Assembly (NCBI RefSeq): GCF_001447785.1
Contig: NW_015161976.1
Location: 613,269 to 677,268, forward strand
Origin: Gekko japonicus
Lineage: Eukaryota
Length of the DNA stretch: 64,000 nucleotides
Direction of reading: 5' to 3'
Part shown: positions 50,866-62,050 of the stretch, one piece after another
Layout: each line of letters opens with the position of its first letter
How positions within the stretch are numbered: position 1 is the first letter of the stretch
The notes under the pieces: generated by a model
Databases searched by the model: none
What the model was told of the DNA's origin: nothing
Seen by the model: the letters and a program-made list of their open reading frames with translations, nothing else
Position numbers and translations under genes: made by a program

Positions 50866-51045
50866 ATGGTGTAGTGGTTAGTGTAGGATCTGGAAGACTC
50901 AAATTTGAGTCCACACTTTGCCATTCACACTCTGCTTGATGACCTTGAATCAGTCACTCCCTTTCAGCCTATCCTACCTTACAGATCTGTTGTTGTGAGG
51001 ATAAAATGGATGAGGGGCAAATGATATTTTAAGATGCTTTCCCAT
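50866..51045 (+). mobile_element. Degenerate Squam3/MIR-like SINE
   Basis: TGGTGTAGTGGTTAG head; CAGCCTATCCTACCTTACAG..TTGTGAGGATAAAATGG core. Confidence 0.65.
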
Positions 51046-51057
51046 TGAAAAGACAAA

Positions 51058-51092
<35 letters not shown>

Positions 51093-51498
51093 CATCCACA
51101 CACACATATCCAGTCACAAAGCCATGCTTACTGCCATATGCACTGGAATGTAGCATGGGCTGAATGGTTTTCAGCAGTGGTTCATTCATGGAGGGTAATG
51201 CAACTGATATATGTTAGTCCACAGAGATTTGTGCAATGCACCATGTTACCATACTGGTATGGGAATCACTTTTCTGTGGCTTCATCCCATGTAGCTGTGG
51301 TGGAACCACTGAAAGTCTGGAAAAACAGAGGCAGCACCAGAGGTGGATCCTTCCCACCCGTTACCACCCCTCCGTCACAACCAGTCCCTTCAAACATCAA
51401 CAAGGTGTCAGATGTCAGAGGAGCAGCAATATTGGTTAGTTGCCTCCAAACTCTACATAGAGTCTGATGCTATTTTAAAGACTATTCTGTTTATTGTC

Positions 51499-51670
51499 AT
51501 CTTATTAGTCTGTCACAGCAAAAATAAACAGGAGCCTTTCTGTCACCTTAAAGATCAACAACATATTATTCTGGTTTAAGCTGAATAAGAGGGCTCTAGT
51601 CCACAAAGGCTTATGCTGAAATTCAACTGTCTTAGTCTTTAACGTATCACAAGACTCCTGTTTAGATTTA
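51499..51670. mobile_element. Penelope-derived inverted-repeat element with a decayed hammerhead motif
   Basis: AAAATAAACAGGAG (51521-51534) pairs with CTCCTGTTTAGATTT (51655-51669); central CTGAATA..GGGCTCTAGTCCAC-AAAG-GCTTA. Confidence 0.55.
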
Positions 51671-52165
51671 CTGAAAGCCAGAGCAAACAGTTGTTATTTA
51701 TCAGTTAAGGACCAGCCTCCTAAGTCATAAATGTGTTCTGTTACATAGAAGTGCACATGGACTGGCTCTGGGAAGGCTGGCTCACTATAAAAAGTAGTTG
51801 TCACTTCTTACAGATATACACACCTTGTTCTTATTACTATGCCTGTTCATCTGCAGTTTGGAGAGATCCATACCTATTCTGGTAGGATCTAGAAGTTGTT
51901 CGATTTGGTCTTGTTCTCATCAGTGCTCTGTAATATCTGGGATGCTAGGTCTTCTGTTTTCTGTAATAACTCCCCTCCCCCACATTTGTTTACTTTGTAC
52001 CTTTGTGTGTGTGAGAGAGTGTGTGTGTGCACATGCGTGTGTAATGAATGTCTGCACTTCAAGCATTCCACAAAATAAGCTCTGGCCCACACAAGGTTTT
52101 TTTTAATATAGTGGTGTACAGTGTTCCCTCTAAGCTGAGTTAGTGTGAGCTAGCTCACAGTTTTT
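51549..52165 (+). repeat. Donor copy of a ~615-bp local duplication
   Basis: Near-identical to 53493-54105. Confidence 0.95.
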
Positions 52166-52324
52166 TAGCCTCCAGCTCACACATTTTTGTCTTAGCTCAG
52201 GAAGGAGGGCTCCAGAGCAAACTGATTGATGCAGTAGCTAAATCGCTTGCTCAGAACTTTATAGCCAGGAGCTTACAAAGTGGAATTTTTGCTCACGGGA
52301 CTCCACAGCTTAGAGGGAACATTG
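52119..52324 (+). mobile_element. hAT MITE family A
   Basis: TIRs; TSD GTGGTGTA / GCGGTGTA. Confidence 0.9.
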
Positions 52325-53359
52325 GCGGTGTATAAAATGGGCACAAACCAGGAAAATGTGGTTCATGATGGTTTGTGTTCATAGTGTTCCTGGTTCACAA
52401 ACAACAAACCATCAGGAACTTTTAGGGGCTAAACAAACCAGTTTGTGAGGCTTGTGATATAGTAGAAAGCCCCCGGGCATGCTAGAGAAACCAAACTCAC
52501 AGGGAGTCTCCGGCTGACTCTCGTCTAACTGCCCTCCAAGTTTGGTGAGGATTGGATTTACAGGGTCCAAATTATGCCCCCCAAAGAAGGTGCCCCATCC
52601 CCCATTTTTTTAGTATTTTTAATTGAAGAACTATATTACTTACAACCCAAAAATATTACATAAATTGTATATAACATCATCTGATGTTTAAATTACATCA
52701 ATTCAATTTATATGTCCTCACATTATATTTATATCTCTTTACAAAAGTGGTGTTCTTCTTTTTTCGTTCTTTCAAAATGATAATTATTTATGCATTGAAA
52801 CCCCACCCCCCATTTTTACAGTTGAGGGGAGGGGAAGCAAAAAAATCAAGGGCAGTAGAAGCCCAGCAGAACAGAATCAAAGTCCCAGAGAATCTCTGCA
52901 GTAGAAACTGGTGGGGGGGATTTTTTGCAAGACCAGCAAAACCAGTGCAATATACAGAGTCCCCAGCAGAATCCAGTGCTGTTAGCAGTCAGACCCCTCC
53001 TGCAGGTGGATAGTTTGGCAGCCAGAGATAAAAGAAGCCCAAACACCCTTCATATAATATCACTCCAAATATCATAAGTACAACACACTGCCTGGGCCAG
53101 AAATTACCTAAAAGGGGATGCCAGTCAGAAGACCAGCCTTGGAAAGTATTTGGAAGTGAATCAATGGACTGGCTTGCAAACAACCCTCTTCCACCCTAAA
53201 GTAATGCATAATTTATAACAATGGGTTTCTCAGGAAAACAGCACCTCACCTTGAATTAACCTCTTCCATCCCTGATCCTGCTTCCCTCTTTTGCATATTT
53301 ACCCCTGTTAGCATATCATAACACCTGGAAGTTTCTCCCATCCTGTATATCAGGGGGTA

Positions 53360-54195
53360 ATCTTCCCATATACGCCCCAAAGAGCATTATGCTCTATGGA
53401 CCAACACCTCCTGGTTGTCCCTAGCCCAAAGGATGTCTGTCTTGCCTTGACCAGGGCCAGGGCTTTTTCTGCCCTGACCCCTAACTGGTGGATAAAGATC
53501 AACAACATATTATTCTGGTTTCAGCTTAATAAGAGAGGGCATAAAGGCTTATGCTGAAATTCAACTGTCTTAGTCTTTAACGTATCACAAGACTCCTGCT
53601 TAGATGTAATGAAAGCCAGAGCAAACAGTTGTTATTTATCAGTTTAAGGACCAGCCTCCTAAGTCATAAATGTGTTCTGTTACATAGAAGTGCACATGGA
53701 CTGGCTCTGGGAAGGCTGGCTCACTATAAAAAGTAGTTGTCACTTCTTACAGATATACACACCTTGTTCTTATTACTATGCCTGTTCATCTGCAGTTTGG
53801 AGAGATCCATACCTATTCTGGTAGGATCTAGAAGTTGTTCGATTTGGTCTTGTTCTCATCAGTGCTCTGTAATATCTGGGGATGCTAGGTCTTCTGTTTT
53901 CTGTAATAACTCCCCTCCCCCACATTTGTTTACTTTGTACCTTTGTGTGTGAGAGAGAGTGTGTGTGTGCACGTGCGTGTGTAATGAATGGCTGCACTTC
54001 AAACATTCCACAAAATAAGCTCTGGCCCACAAAAGGTTTTTTTTAATATAGTGGTGTACAGTGTTCCCTCTAAGCTGAGTTAGTGTGAGCTAGCTCACAG
54101 TTTTTATTGTACTGTTTTTATGATGTTACCCACCGTGAGCCCGCTTATGGGATGGGCGGGCTATAAATACTACTAGTAGTACTAGTACTACTACT
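53360..54195 (+). mobile_element. L2 LINE 3' end split by the duplicated segment
   Basis: ARAFSALTPNWW at 53455-53492; tail TGTTACCCACCGTGAGCCC..GGGCGGGCTATAAAT(ACT)n at 54124-54195. Confidence 0.75.
53493..54105 (+). repeat. Inserted copy of a ~615-bp local duplication
   Basis: Copy of 51549-52165, ending 47 bp into the hAT MITE. Confidence 0.95.
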
Positions 54196-54759
54196 ATCCT
54201 ATCCCTGGGAGAGCCATCAAGCTCCACTCAAATTCTTTGATCTCCCTCCAGGAGAACCATCAAGCTTTGTCCAAGTCTCTTGAAAAATTCCAATAGACAC
54301 ATCAAGCTATTGTTTGGGGGGCAAACCTGTCATAGTGTCTCAGGGAACATTTTTCCTGTAAATACAAGCACTCATCTCCATTGTGTGTCTGTATATTCTT
54401 GGCTTCTACCTCACATGCCCAATTGTGTGTGAGACCTTCCGTGAAACGCTGGCCACTTTGCAGCTCTCTCCATTGACCTCTTAATCTTATTTGGTAAATA
54501 TCACATCTCCTAAACTCTATCTCCCTGCTCCTCCCTATTTTTCTCTTAACTAGTCTTGCAAGTGTGTTTTGTGTGTAGGTTTTGCCCTTTTATTGTTTTT
54601 CAATAAAAAACTTACAGGTTGAACATCTGTCTGATTTATTTGAGAGTTCTCTCAGGGAATTATCCTGGTATACATTGGTGGAGATCTCTCTTTTGTCTCC
54701 TTTAAACTAATTCCCACCACTAATTAAGAGACAGCCAATTTGGGTAACAGAATCATATT

Positions 54760-56015
54760 CCAAGCAAGGGGCAGGGGGTTGCAAGCCCAGCAGAACCAGT
54801 GCAATGTACTAGTGCCCAGCAGAACCCAGTGCCATTGTGGCAATGCCAGCTCAACAGGACTAAAGTCTAGTGCAGAATCACACTCTAAGCAAGGTGAAGG
54901 GGGTTGCAAGCCTAGCAGAACCAGTGCAATGTACTAGTGCCCAGCACAACTCAGTGCCATTGTGGCAACACTAGCTCAACAGGACTAATGTGAAGCACAG
55001 AATCACTCTCCAAGCATGGAGGGGTGCAAGCCCAGCAGAACATGTGCTATGTACTAGTGCCTAGCAGAACCCAGTGCTATTGTGGCAATGCCAGCTCAAC
55101 AGGACTGCTGTGAAGTACAGAATCATGATCCAAGCAAGGGGAGGTTGCAAGCTGAGCACAACCAGTTCAGTGTACAGAATGCCCAGCAGAACCCACTGCA
55201 ATCTTAAAAGGACTGATCTCAAAGCAGACTTTTAAAAAATCCAAGTAAGGGGGAGATTTCACAAGCCTAGCACAACCAATTGGAATGTGTAGAATGCCCG
55301 GCAGAACCTAATGCCACTGGCATTGCAAGCTTAAAAGGACTAATCTCAAAACAGAGTCACAAGAAATCTAAGCAAGGGGGAGGTTCCAAGCCCAACACAA
55401 CCAGTTACAATGTGCAGAATGCCCAGCAGAACCCAGTGTCACTGGCATTGCAAGCTTAAAAGGACTGATCTCAAAGCACAGAGCTACAAATCTATGGGGG
55501 GCAGATTTTGCAAAATTGGTGTAGTGGTTAAGAGTGGTGGACTCTAATCTGGAAAACCGGGTTTGATTCCTCACTCCTCCACATGCAGCCAGCTGGGTGA
55601 TCTTGGGTGAGTCACAAATTCTCACAGAGCTGTTCTCTCATGAACAGTTCTCTGAGAGCTCTCTCAGCCCCACCTACCTCATGGCTTGTCTGCTGTATGG
55701 AAAGGAAGGGAAAGGAGATTGGAAACTGCTCTGAGACTCTGAGTAAAGGGAGGGGTATAAATACAATTCTTCTTCTTCTTCTTCTTCTTCTTCTTCTTCT
55801 TCTTCTTCTTCTTCTTCTTCTTCTTCTTCTTCTTCTTCTTCTTCTTCTTCTTCTTCTGTCAGCTTAAAAGGACTGATCTCAAAGCAGAGTCACAAGAAAT
55901 TCAAGTGAGGGGGGATTTTGCAAGCCCAGCACAACCAGTTACAATGTGCAGAATGCCCAGCAGAATCCAGTGCCACTGGTATTGCAAGCTTAAAAGGACT
56001 GATCACAAAGCACAG
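54760..56015. repeat. ~120-bp tandem repeat array (>=7 units)
   Basis: Unit CAAGCAAGGGG..TTGCAAGCCCAGCAGAACCAGTGCAATGTAC..CAGAACCCAGTGCCA..CAGGACT; reverse complement of the units at 2820-3140 and 7709-7960. Confidence 0.9.
55516..55857 (+). mobile_element. Squam3-like SINE with an expanded (TTC)n tail
   Basis: A/B boxes, L2-type 3' end, ~30 TTC units at 55767-55857. Confidence 0.88.
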
Positions 56016-56244
56016 AATGCATATTTACAGAACTATTAAGCACACCTCAAAAGACAGTAGCCAGTTCTAATTATTTCCTCAGCATGCCACCATTGCTATT
56101 TGGTTAAGTCTGAGGGTACAAAACCTGACACTTCTAATCTAAATTAAACAGTATTAATTACTAGCCCACAACTATAGTTCACATACCACTGTGAACATGC
56201 ATCAGGATCATCCCAGTTATATGAAGAGAAAAGTTGACTGACCG

Positions 56245-56531
56245 TACACGAAGCTGCCTTGTACTGAATCCGTCTGCTGGTCCATCAAGGTCAGTATAGT
56301 CTATTCAGAGTGGCAGTGGCCACGAATTGGGTCTTAGGCTGAGGTCTTTCACATCACCTACTACCAATGTTCCCTCTAAGCTGAGTTACTGTGAGCTAGC
56401 TCACAGTAACTCAGCTTAGAGGGAACACTGCCTACTACCAGATCATTTTAATTGATGATGCCAGGAACTGAAGGTCTGGGACCTTCTGCATGCCAAGCAG
56501 ATGCTCTACCACTGTGACACAACCCTTCCCC
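56245..56531 (-). mobile_element. tRNA-derived SINE (Squam2-like) carrying the mini-MITE
   Basis: Reverse complement of 44537-44742. Confidence 0.8.
56365..56430. mobile_element. 66-bp palindromic derivative of hAT MITE family A
   Basis: 33-bp arms with 1 mismatch; TSD CCTACTAC (56357-56364, 56431-56438). Confidence 0.92.
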
Positions 56532-56885
56532 AAGGGTATTGAAAGAGTCAGTCAGTTAGGGAACTGAAAAGTTGGGGAACAGTTGAATGCATGGGAGGAT
56601 ACAATGCTTTGGAGAATAATAATATGAATTCTAGGGAATATGAAGAGAGAACAGAAAATGTATTAGGTTCTGGCAGGAAAGGGGACTGAGAACAAGGCAA
56701 AAATGATGGTTTTGAGCAGCTTAGCTAGTATGGTTGGGTTTTGTGTGTGCAGGCAAAAATGATGGTTTTGAGCAGCTTAATATGGTTGGGTTTTGTGTAT
56801 ACAATTATTACCTTCTCCATTTGTGTTCTGCATAAAGTCTTTTTATTTTTCTGATTTATTGTGAAGGCTTCATTTTCCTTCCCCG

Positions 56886-57165
56886 TTTGGTGTAGTGGTT
56901 AAGAGCATGGACTCTAATCTGGGATAACTGGGTTTGATTCCCCACGTCTCCACATGCAGCTGCTGGTGTGACCTTGGGTCAGTCACAAGTTTTCTCAGAG
57001 CTGTTCTCTCAAGAGCAGTCCTCAAAAGGGCTCTTTCAGCTCCACCTGCCTCACAGGGTGTCTGTTGTGGGGAGGGGAGGGGAGGGGAAGGGAAAAGAGA
57101 TTGTTAGCTGCACTGAGACTCTGAGTGAAGGGAGGGTATAAATCCATCCTCCTCCTCCTCTTCTT
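56886..57165 (+). mobile_element. Squam3-like SINE
   Basis: Homologous to 55516-55766; (TCC)n tail. Confidence 0.88.
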
Positions 57166-57938
57166 CCCACAACTTACTTCAGAACACACCTAACAATAAG
57201 ATGTGCATCCCTTTCATGCATCTATTTCTTCTGGACTGACCCAGAATGATGGTGTAGTCTTGGGCAGAGCAGGACCACCAAGAGGGGAAGTTCCCAGGGT
57301 CCAAGTCAGCCCCTGAAACCGGCATCATGCTACATTAATGAACTTAATTTCTGTTTCCCCCCCACTTCAAATGCAAGTCTGCATTGTAGCCACTAGGGGT
57401 TCAGGGAAGGCAGAGCACAGTAAACAGCAGCACCCTAGCTGTGTCTTCTTGCAAAGTTTACTACTCGACTCAGGCAAACTTTTGCCTTGCCTATCAGATG
57501 TTAATAAATCAATTAACCAAGCCAGCATTGGAACAAAGTAAGACCAGCCAACTCAGCTCATGGCTTCGTTCTACAGTCATTGCCAGAATGCAGCCCCTTA
57601 ACAAGGTCATTGTCTTCAGCAGTCTGTTTTATCTCTCTGCCTTTAGTTCCACCCAGCTCCATCCTTCGGTCTGAGCAGCCAGATCTTGCAAAAGGGCAGC
57701 CCTGCTAGTGTGTTATAAAAAAACTTTCATTGTCTTTTTCAAAAACTTTCATTGTCTTTTTCTTAATTTCTCTTTCTGTTTTCCACACTTTTCTCCTCCT
57801 TCATTTTGCTCCCTTCCTTTCATGATCTGCCTTCATTCCTTTCTCCCCACTTCTAATTTTTCTCTCCCCCACCTTATTTTTCAGTCTTGATCTCAACTTT
57901 TTCTCATCCAGCCTGGTTGGCAATGTAGAATGTACCTA

Positions 57939-58310
57939 ATAGTAGTATGGCAGCAAACCTTTGCTAATATTGTGAACAGAAGGGGGGATGTTAATATGTC
58001 CCCATGAGCTACAATGTAGTAAAAGGATGCCCTTTACATGTATGATAACAGAATATTAACCAGCCTCTCTGGTTATAAACAGAAATTAGAACGTACCTTA
58101 GCTTCCATTGCAAATAGCACTGAAGGGGGTGTAGTCTGGAATTAACCAGTGCCAGAATATTCCCATGCCTTTCATTTTTGCCCCTGGAACTCCCACAATC
58201 ATTCTGAAGACAGTGGCCAATTTTGAGATCCCTAGTTTGATTTTCTGATGAATTATGCCTGACACAAATGGACAGACAGATGGACATGCAGATTCTTTTA
58301 TTATTATAGA
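57939..58310 (-). mobile_element. Non-autonomous Helitron
   Basis: Minus strand begins A|TCTATAATAATAAAAG..GTCTGTCC; a short hairpin AGCAAA-GG-TTTGCT lies ~12 nt before the 3' CTAT|T (CTAG with 1 change). No TSD. Confidence 0.6.
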
Positions 58311-58883
58311 TGTGTGGTAACAGAAAGCCAAGTGATTTGCTTTGTTATGATATCTGATTTGGATCAGGGTCATATTGGGGGCAGGTGGAATTTTTGTCCG
58401 GGGGCTCATGATGGCTCTCAGCAGTCCTTAGGCAGAGTTATACAAACAGCGTGTAGTTGGATATTTCTGATCCCAAATCGTGCCCCAGATGTCCTGTTTA
58501 GTTCCAATCAGAAATACCCAAAACAAAACAAGACAGGAAATTGGGGCACTGTTTCAGATTGGAAATACCTGAAAGCACACCCCTAATTACATCCTTCTAA
58601 GTCTATTGACTTCAGTGCTGAAAATATTTGAAGGAATCAGAACTAGAGAGGAAAGCAAATTGAGTTCAAATGCAAATGAGGGATTTATCAAGCCATGATT
58701 CTGGCACATAGGGCCTGAGGTGACTATTCTTTGGGTGGGAACCAGAGGCAAAGCTTTAAAAAACCCAAAAAGGTTTTGGGCAGCTGCTGTTAGCTACTGC
58801 TCTCCCTGAGGTTGGGTTGCTTTGCTGAAATGGTTAGGAAATGTTCCCATTGTCCACCTGCTACTTGTACCAGGGAAATTTTT

Positions 58884-59090
58884 TTTGCCATCAAGTTACA
58901 ACTGAGATATGGCAACCCCATAGGGTTTTCAAGGCAAGAGACCTTCAGAGGTGGCTTGCCATTGCCTGCCTCTGTGTTGCAACCCTGGTATTCGTTGGTA
59001 GTCTCCCATCCAAGTATTAATCAGGGCTAACCCTGCTTAGCTTCTTAGATCTGACAAGATCAGTCTATCCTGGGCTCTCCAGGTCAGGGC
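58884..59090 (-). mobile_element. 5S rRNA-derived SINE (SINE3)
   Basis: Minus strand GATCTTGTCAGATCTAAGAAGCTAAGCAGGGTTAGCCCTGATTAATACTTGGATGGGAGAC matches the 5S internal promoter region. Confidence 0.8.
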
Positions 59091-59166
59091 ACAAGGAATA
59101 AGGTTGACACATAAATACCATAGCAACACACTGTACAAACTCCTTTAATATCAATGTAATGGTCTA

Positions 59167-59514
59167 GGAGCTGCGGTGGCTCAAGTGGTTAAGACGCTGA
59201 ACTGCAGGCTGTGGAAGGTCAGTAGTTCAGCAGTTCGAGACCCGAGTGTGCCGCATGACGGAGGGAGCTCCTGTCTCTAGTTCCAGCTCCTGCCAAAGCA
59301 AGAAATTGCAAGTAGATAAATAGGTACCACTTTGGTGGGAAGGTAACAGCGTTCTGCGCGCCTTGGTGTTTAGTCATGTCGACCACATGACCACAGAAAC
59401 ATCTTCGGACAGCGTTGGCTCTTCGGCTTTGAAACGGAGATGAGCACCGCAACCCTAGAGTCGGATTCGACTGGCTTTCGAGCAAGGGAACCTTTACCTT
59501 TACCTTTACCTTTT
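59167..59514 (+). mobile_element. Sauria SINE, full length
   Basis: 10-bp TSD TAATGGTCTA (59157-59166, 59515-59524); (ACCTTT)n tail. Confidence 0.95.
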
Positions 59515-59976
59515 TAATGGTCTAAAGAAAATCCTTAAACTTTGGTAAACAATGAACATATTTCAACTGTGGGAATACGATGCTTTACTGTAGCTGTGAC
59601 TGACCCATCACTACATTTGTGGGCTCTGTGGTTGGGGAAAGCAGCAGGCAGCCATGTGGTCTCTGGCCAGCTGACTGCATGGTCCAGTGTGGGGGCGGGG
59701 TCCTATGGCAGCAGGAGGACGGCCCATGTGCTGAACTCACATTCAGTGGGACAGGGCTGCTGGCAGTCCTGGGACTTTGCCTGCCTGCCCCTCCCCTATA
59801 AAGCTGGGTGCTGCCAGGACCTTATCCCAGATTTTTCTAGGCTTTTCTTCACAGAACAAAGCAACAGACTTTGCCTGCTGCACTCTTCCCGGGTGGTCTG
59901 TTGGCTGGGATACCTGAGGCGGCAGCCTTGGTGCAGGGCCAGGCATCAGCTAAGGACCAAAGCAGCTGGGCCACAG

Positions 59977-60557
59977 CATTTTTGCCTCACGACCAGCCCT
60001 ATAGTCCAGGGTGCTGGCCAAGCTTTGGGATGGCTGGGAGGCAGCATGCAGTGGCAGCGATTGGAGTTTCCTGAAGGGGTGAGAATTGGAGGCGAGGCCC
60101 TGGCATCAGCCGGAGTCCTACGATACCCTCCAGGGTCAGGTTTTGTCCTCCTGTTTGGCTCGCATTGGGCCAGGGTTTACTGCCATCAGGAGGGTGGGCT
60201 CTGGCTGCAGACAGCCTCTTTGTCAGACCGCTCCACACATTTGCTTCTGCTGCTGTGAGACCCATTTTTGCCTCACGACCAGCCCTATAGTTCAGGGTGC
60301 TGGCCTTGATTTAAAGCTTTGGAATGGCTGGGAGGCAGCATGCAGTGGCAGTGATTGGAGCTTCCCTGAAGGGGTGAGAATTGGAGGCGAGGCCCTGGCA
60401 TCAGCCGGAGTCCTACGATACCCTCCAGGGTCAGGTTTCGTCCTCCTGTTTGGCTCGCATTGGGCCAGGGTTTACTGCCATCAGGAGGGTGGGCTCTGGC
60501 TGCAGACAGCCTCTTTGTCAGACCGCTCCACACATTTGCTTCTGCTGCTGTGAGACC
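59977..60557. repeat. Near-identical ~290-bp tandem duplication
   Basis: 59977-60262 versus 60263-60557. Confidence 0.95.
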
Positions 60558-60559
60558 TC

Positions 60560-61460
60560 ATGCCTATTGTGGTCAAGCCTTTCACACACACACACCCTCC
60601 ACTTGCAAGCTGTAAAAGGGGAGCTGGCTTTTCACGGCGTCAGTTGTACAAGGCTAATCCCAAGTGGCTTAGCTTAACATCTTTCTCAGATGCTAAGGTT
60701 CTGTGATATTAGACACATTTGAAGGAGTGGGATCCTTCCACCATGGGGACCATGGGGATTCGCTAGGCTGCCATATCCTTTTTCAGCAAGGCCTTTGGCT
60801 TACCCAGTCCTTGCAACTCCTTCTTGGCTTGGTGGGTTATTGAGGGTTGGAGGAGGGCTATTCCTTCTGAGCTGGACCCCCAAAAGCCCATTACAATCCA
60901 CATTTGTTGGGTCTGATCCTGCAGCTCCTTCAGAACTATTGGTCCACTTTCAAGGCCACTCTTTTTCATGTGGCTTTCTCACTAGCCTTCACTGGGACTT
61001 TTCGTAGCAGCAAGCTACTTGCGGCTTCATGCCAGAATGATTCCAGCCAGGCCCTATCTCGCCAGGATGGGTCCATTGTAGGAGACGAATTGCATGTATG
61101 CCTACAGCAGTCCAAGATTGACCAGCTTGGGTGGGGTTTGTGGATCCTCCTACATTTTGCTCCACTCGATCAGCCCTACCTGGTCTGCTTTATGTTTGAC
61201 TATCTACAGATCAGGCCCTCCTCACCTGATTCTCTCTTTGTGCATGCCGATGGATTCTCTCTCTGGGTCTCAGTTTGTCAGTGTTATGCATGCTTGCATT
61301 GCAGTTCTAGGACTTTCTCCCTCAGATTTTGATGTGCACTCTTTTCACATTGGTGCTGCCACAGTGACCTTGGAATTAGGTCTTTCTGCAGAACAAATTT
61401 GCACCATTGGCTGATGGTGATCCTTGGCAGATAAGTCTTACATACACCCTTCAGATCAGC
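60560..61460 (+). pseudogene. Tyrosine recombinase remnant
   Basis: AAISFFSK..IEGWRR..DPQKPIT; LFHVAFSLAFTGTFRSSKL (first Arg box); LQQSKIDQLG (SKTDQ); HSFHIGAAT (HSFRIGAAT); IG*W*S..SYI. Confidence 0.9.
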
Positions 61461-61487
61461 TAGGTCGCTAATGTTCATATCTTTCAG

Positions 61488-62050
61488 CCCCTGCAGGTCA
61501 TCTAAAATCAGTGTGGATCATGATGCCATAGCCTCATCTAATGGGCCGGGATGTACACCTTGTTGTCTGAATGGAGAGAAGCCTTGGGTGTTGACAAACA
61601 GCTGCAGCTCACCTGGTTGGAGCACCAGGGATTGCATTGGCCTTCTCTCCTCTCTGCTGTTTCAAATCAAGTGTCTCATCTTGGACCTCCAGATGCCTTA
61701 GTTATCCAGCTAGGGGCAAATGATCTCCTTGCACAGAAAGGGGTGGTGCTGTCACGCTGCACTGATGCAGACTTGGAAACTCTCCACTCATGGCTTCCTG
61801 ACACTTGTCAGATCTGGTCTCGTCTCCTCAAACAACATGAGTGATGCAGGGCCAAATCACCTGACAGGGTGGACTTGGATAGGGGGAAAATGTACAAGGC
61901 AGCAGTGTGGGTGGTTGAATCATGGGGTGGTTGTGTCATTGGCCATCTGGACATCAGTTACAGGCAACCTGTCCCCTACAAGGCAGACAGGGTGCACATC
62001 TGAATTGGGCATGGATATTTAGCTACATGGTGTCCAGGAAGTGTTGCTTT
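61488..62050 (+). pseudogene. SGNH/GDSL hydrolase remnant
   Basis: VWIM-(G)HSLI*WA (block I), QGLHW, PDALVIQLGANDL (block III), IWSRLL, ADRVH (DxxH block V). Confidence 0.85.

Larger units (their letters stand above)
52980..54733 (+). mobile_element. Putative solo LTR (TG...CA) with nested L2 end and duplication
   Basis: Interrupts a repeat unit, starts TGTTAG, ends GAGACA, AATAAA at 54602. The TSD is not clear. Confidence 0.45.
52331..56015 (-). mobile_element. hAT element of the 2587-8253 family with an expanded ~120-bp repeat array and several nested insertions
   Basis: 52480-52570 is the reverse complement of 8030-8110; repeat units at 52850-52980, 54760-55510 and 55860-56015. The second TIR was not seen. 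Confidence 0.7.

Noticed and set aside
55607-55867. Poly-Leu ORF
   Set aside because: Translation of the (TTC)n SINE tail.
54760-56015. CRISPR-like repeat array
   Set aside because: Eukaryotic DNA; the units are contiguous degenerate tandem repeats without unique spacers, and there are no cas genes.
58980-59090. Functional 5S rRNA gene
   Set aside because: Diverged, lacks proper 5S ends and terminator, and is fused to a SINE tail.
59542-60258. 238-aa ORF upstream of YR as a possible gag
   Set aside because: No gag, zinc-knuckle or RT motifs, and a non-ATG start; consistent with a chance ORF in GC-rich sequence.
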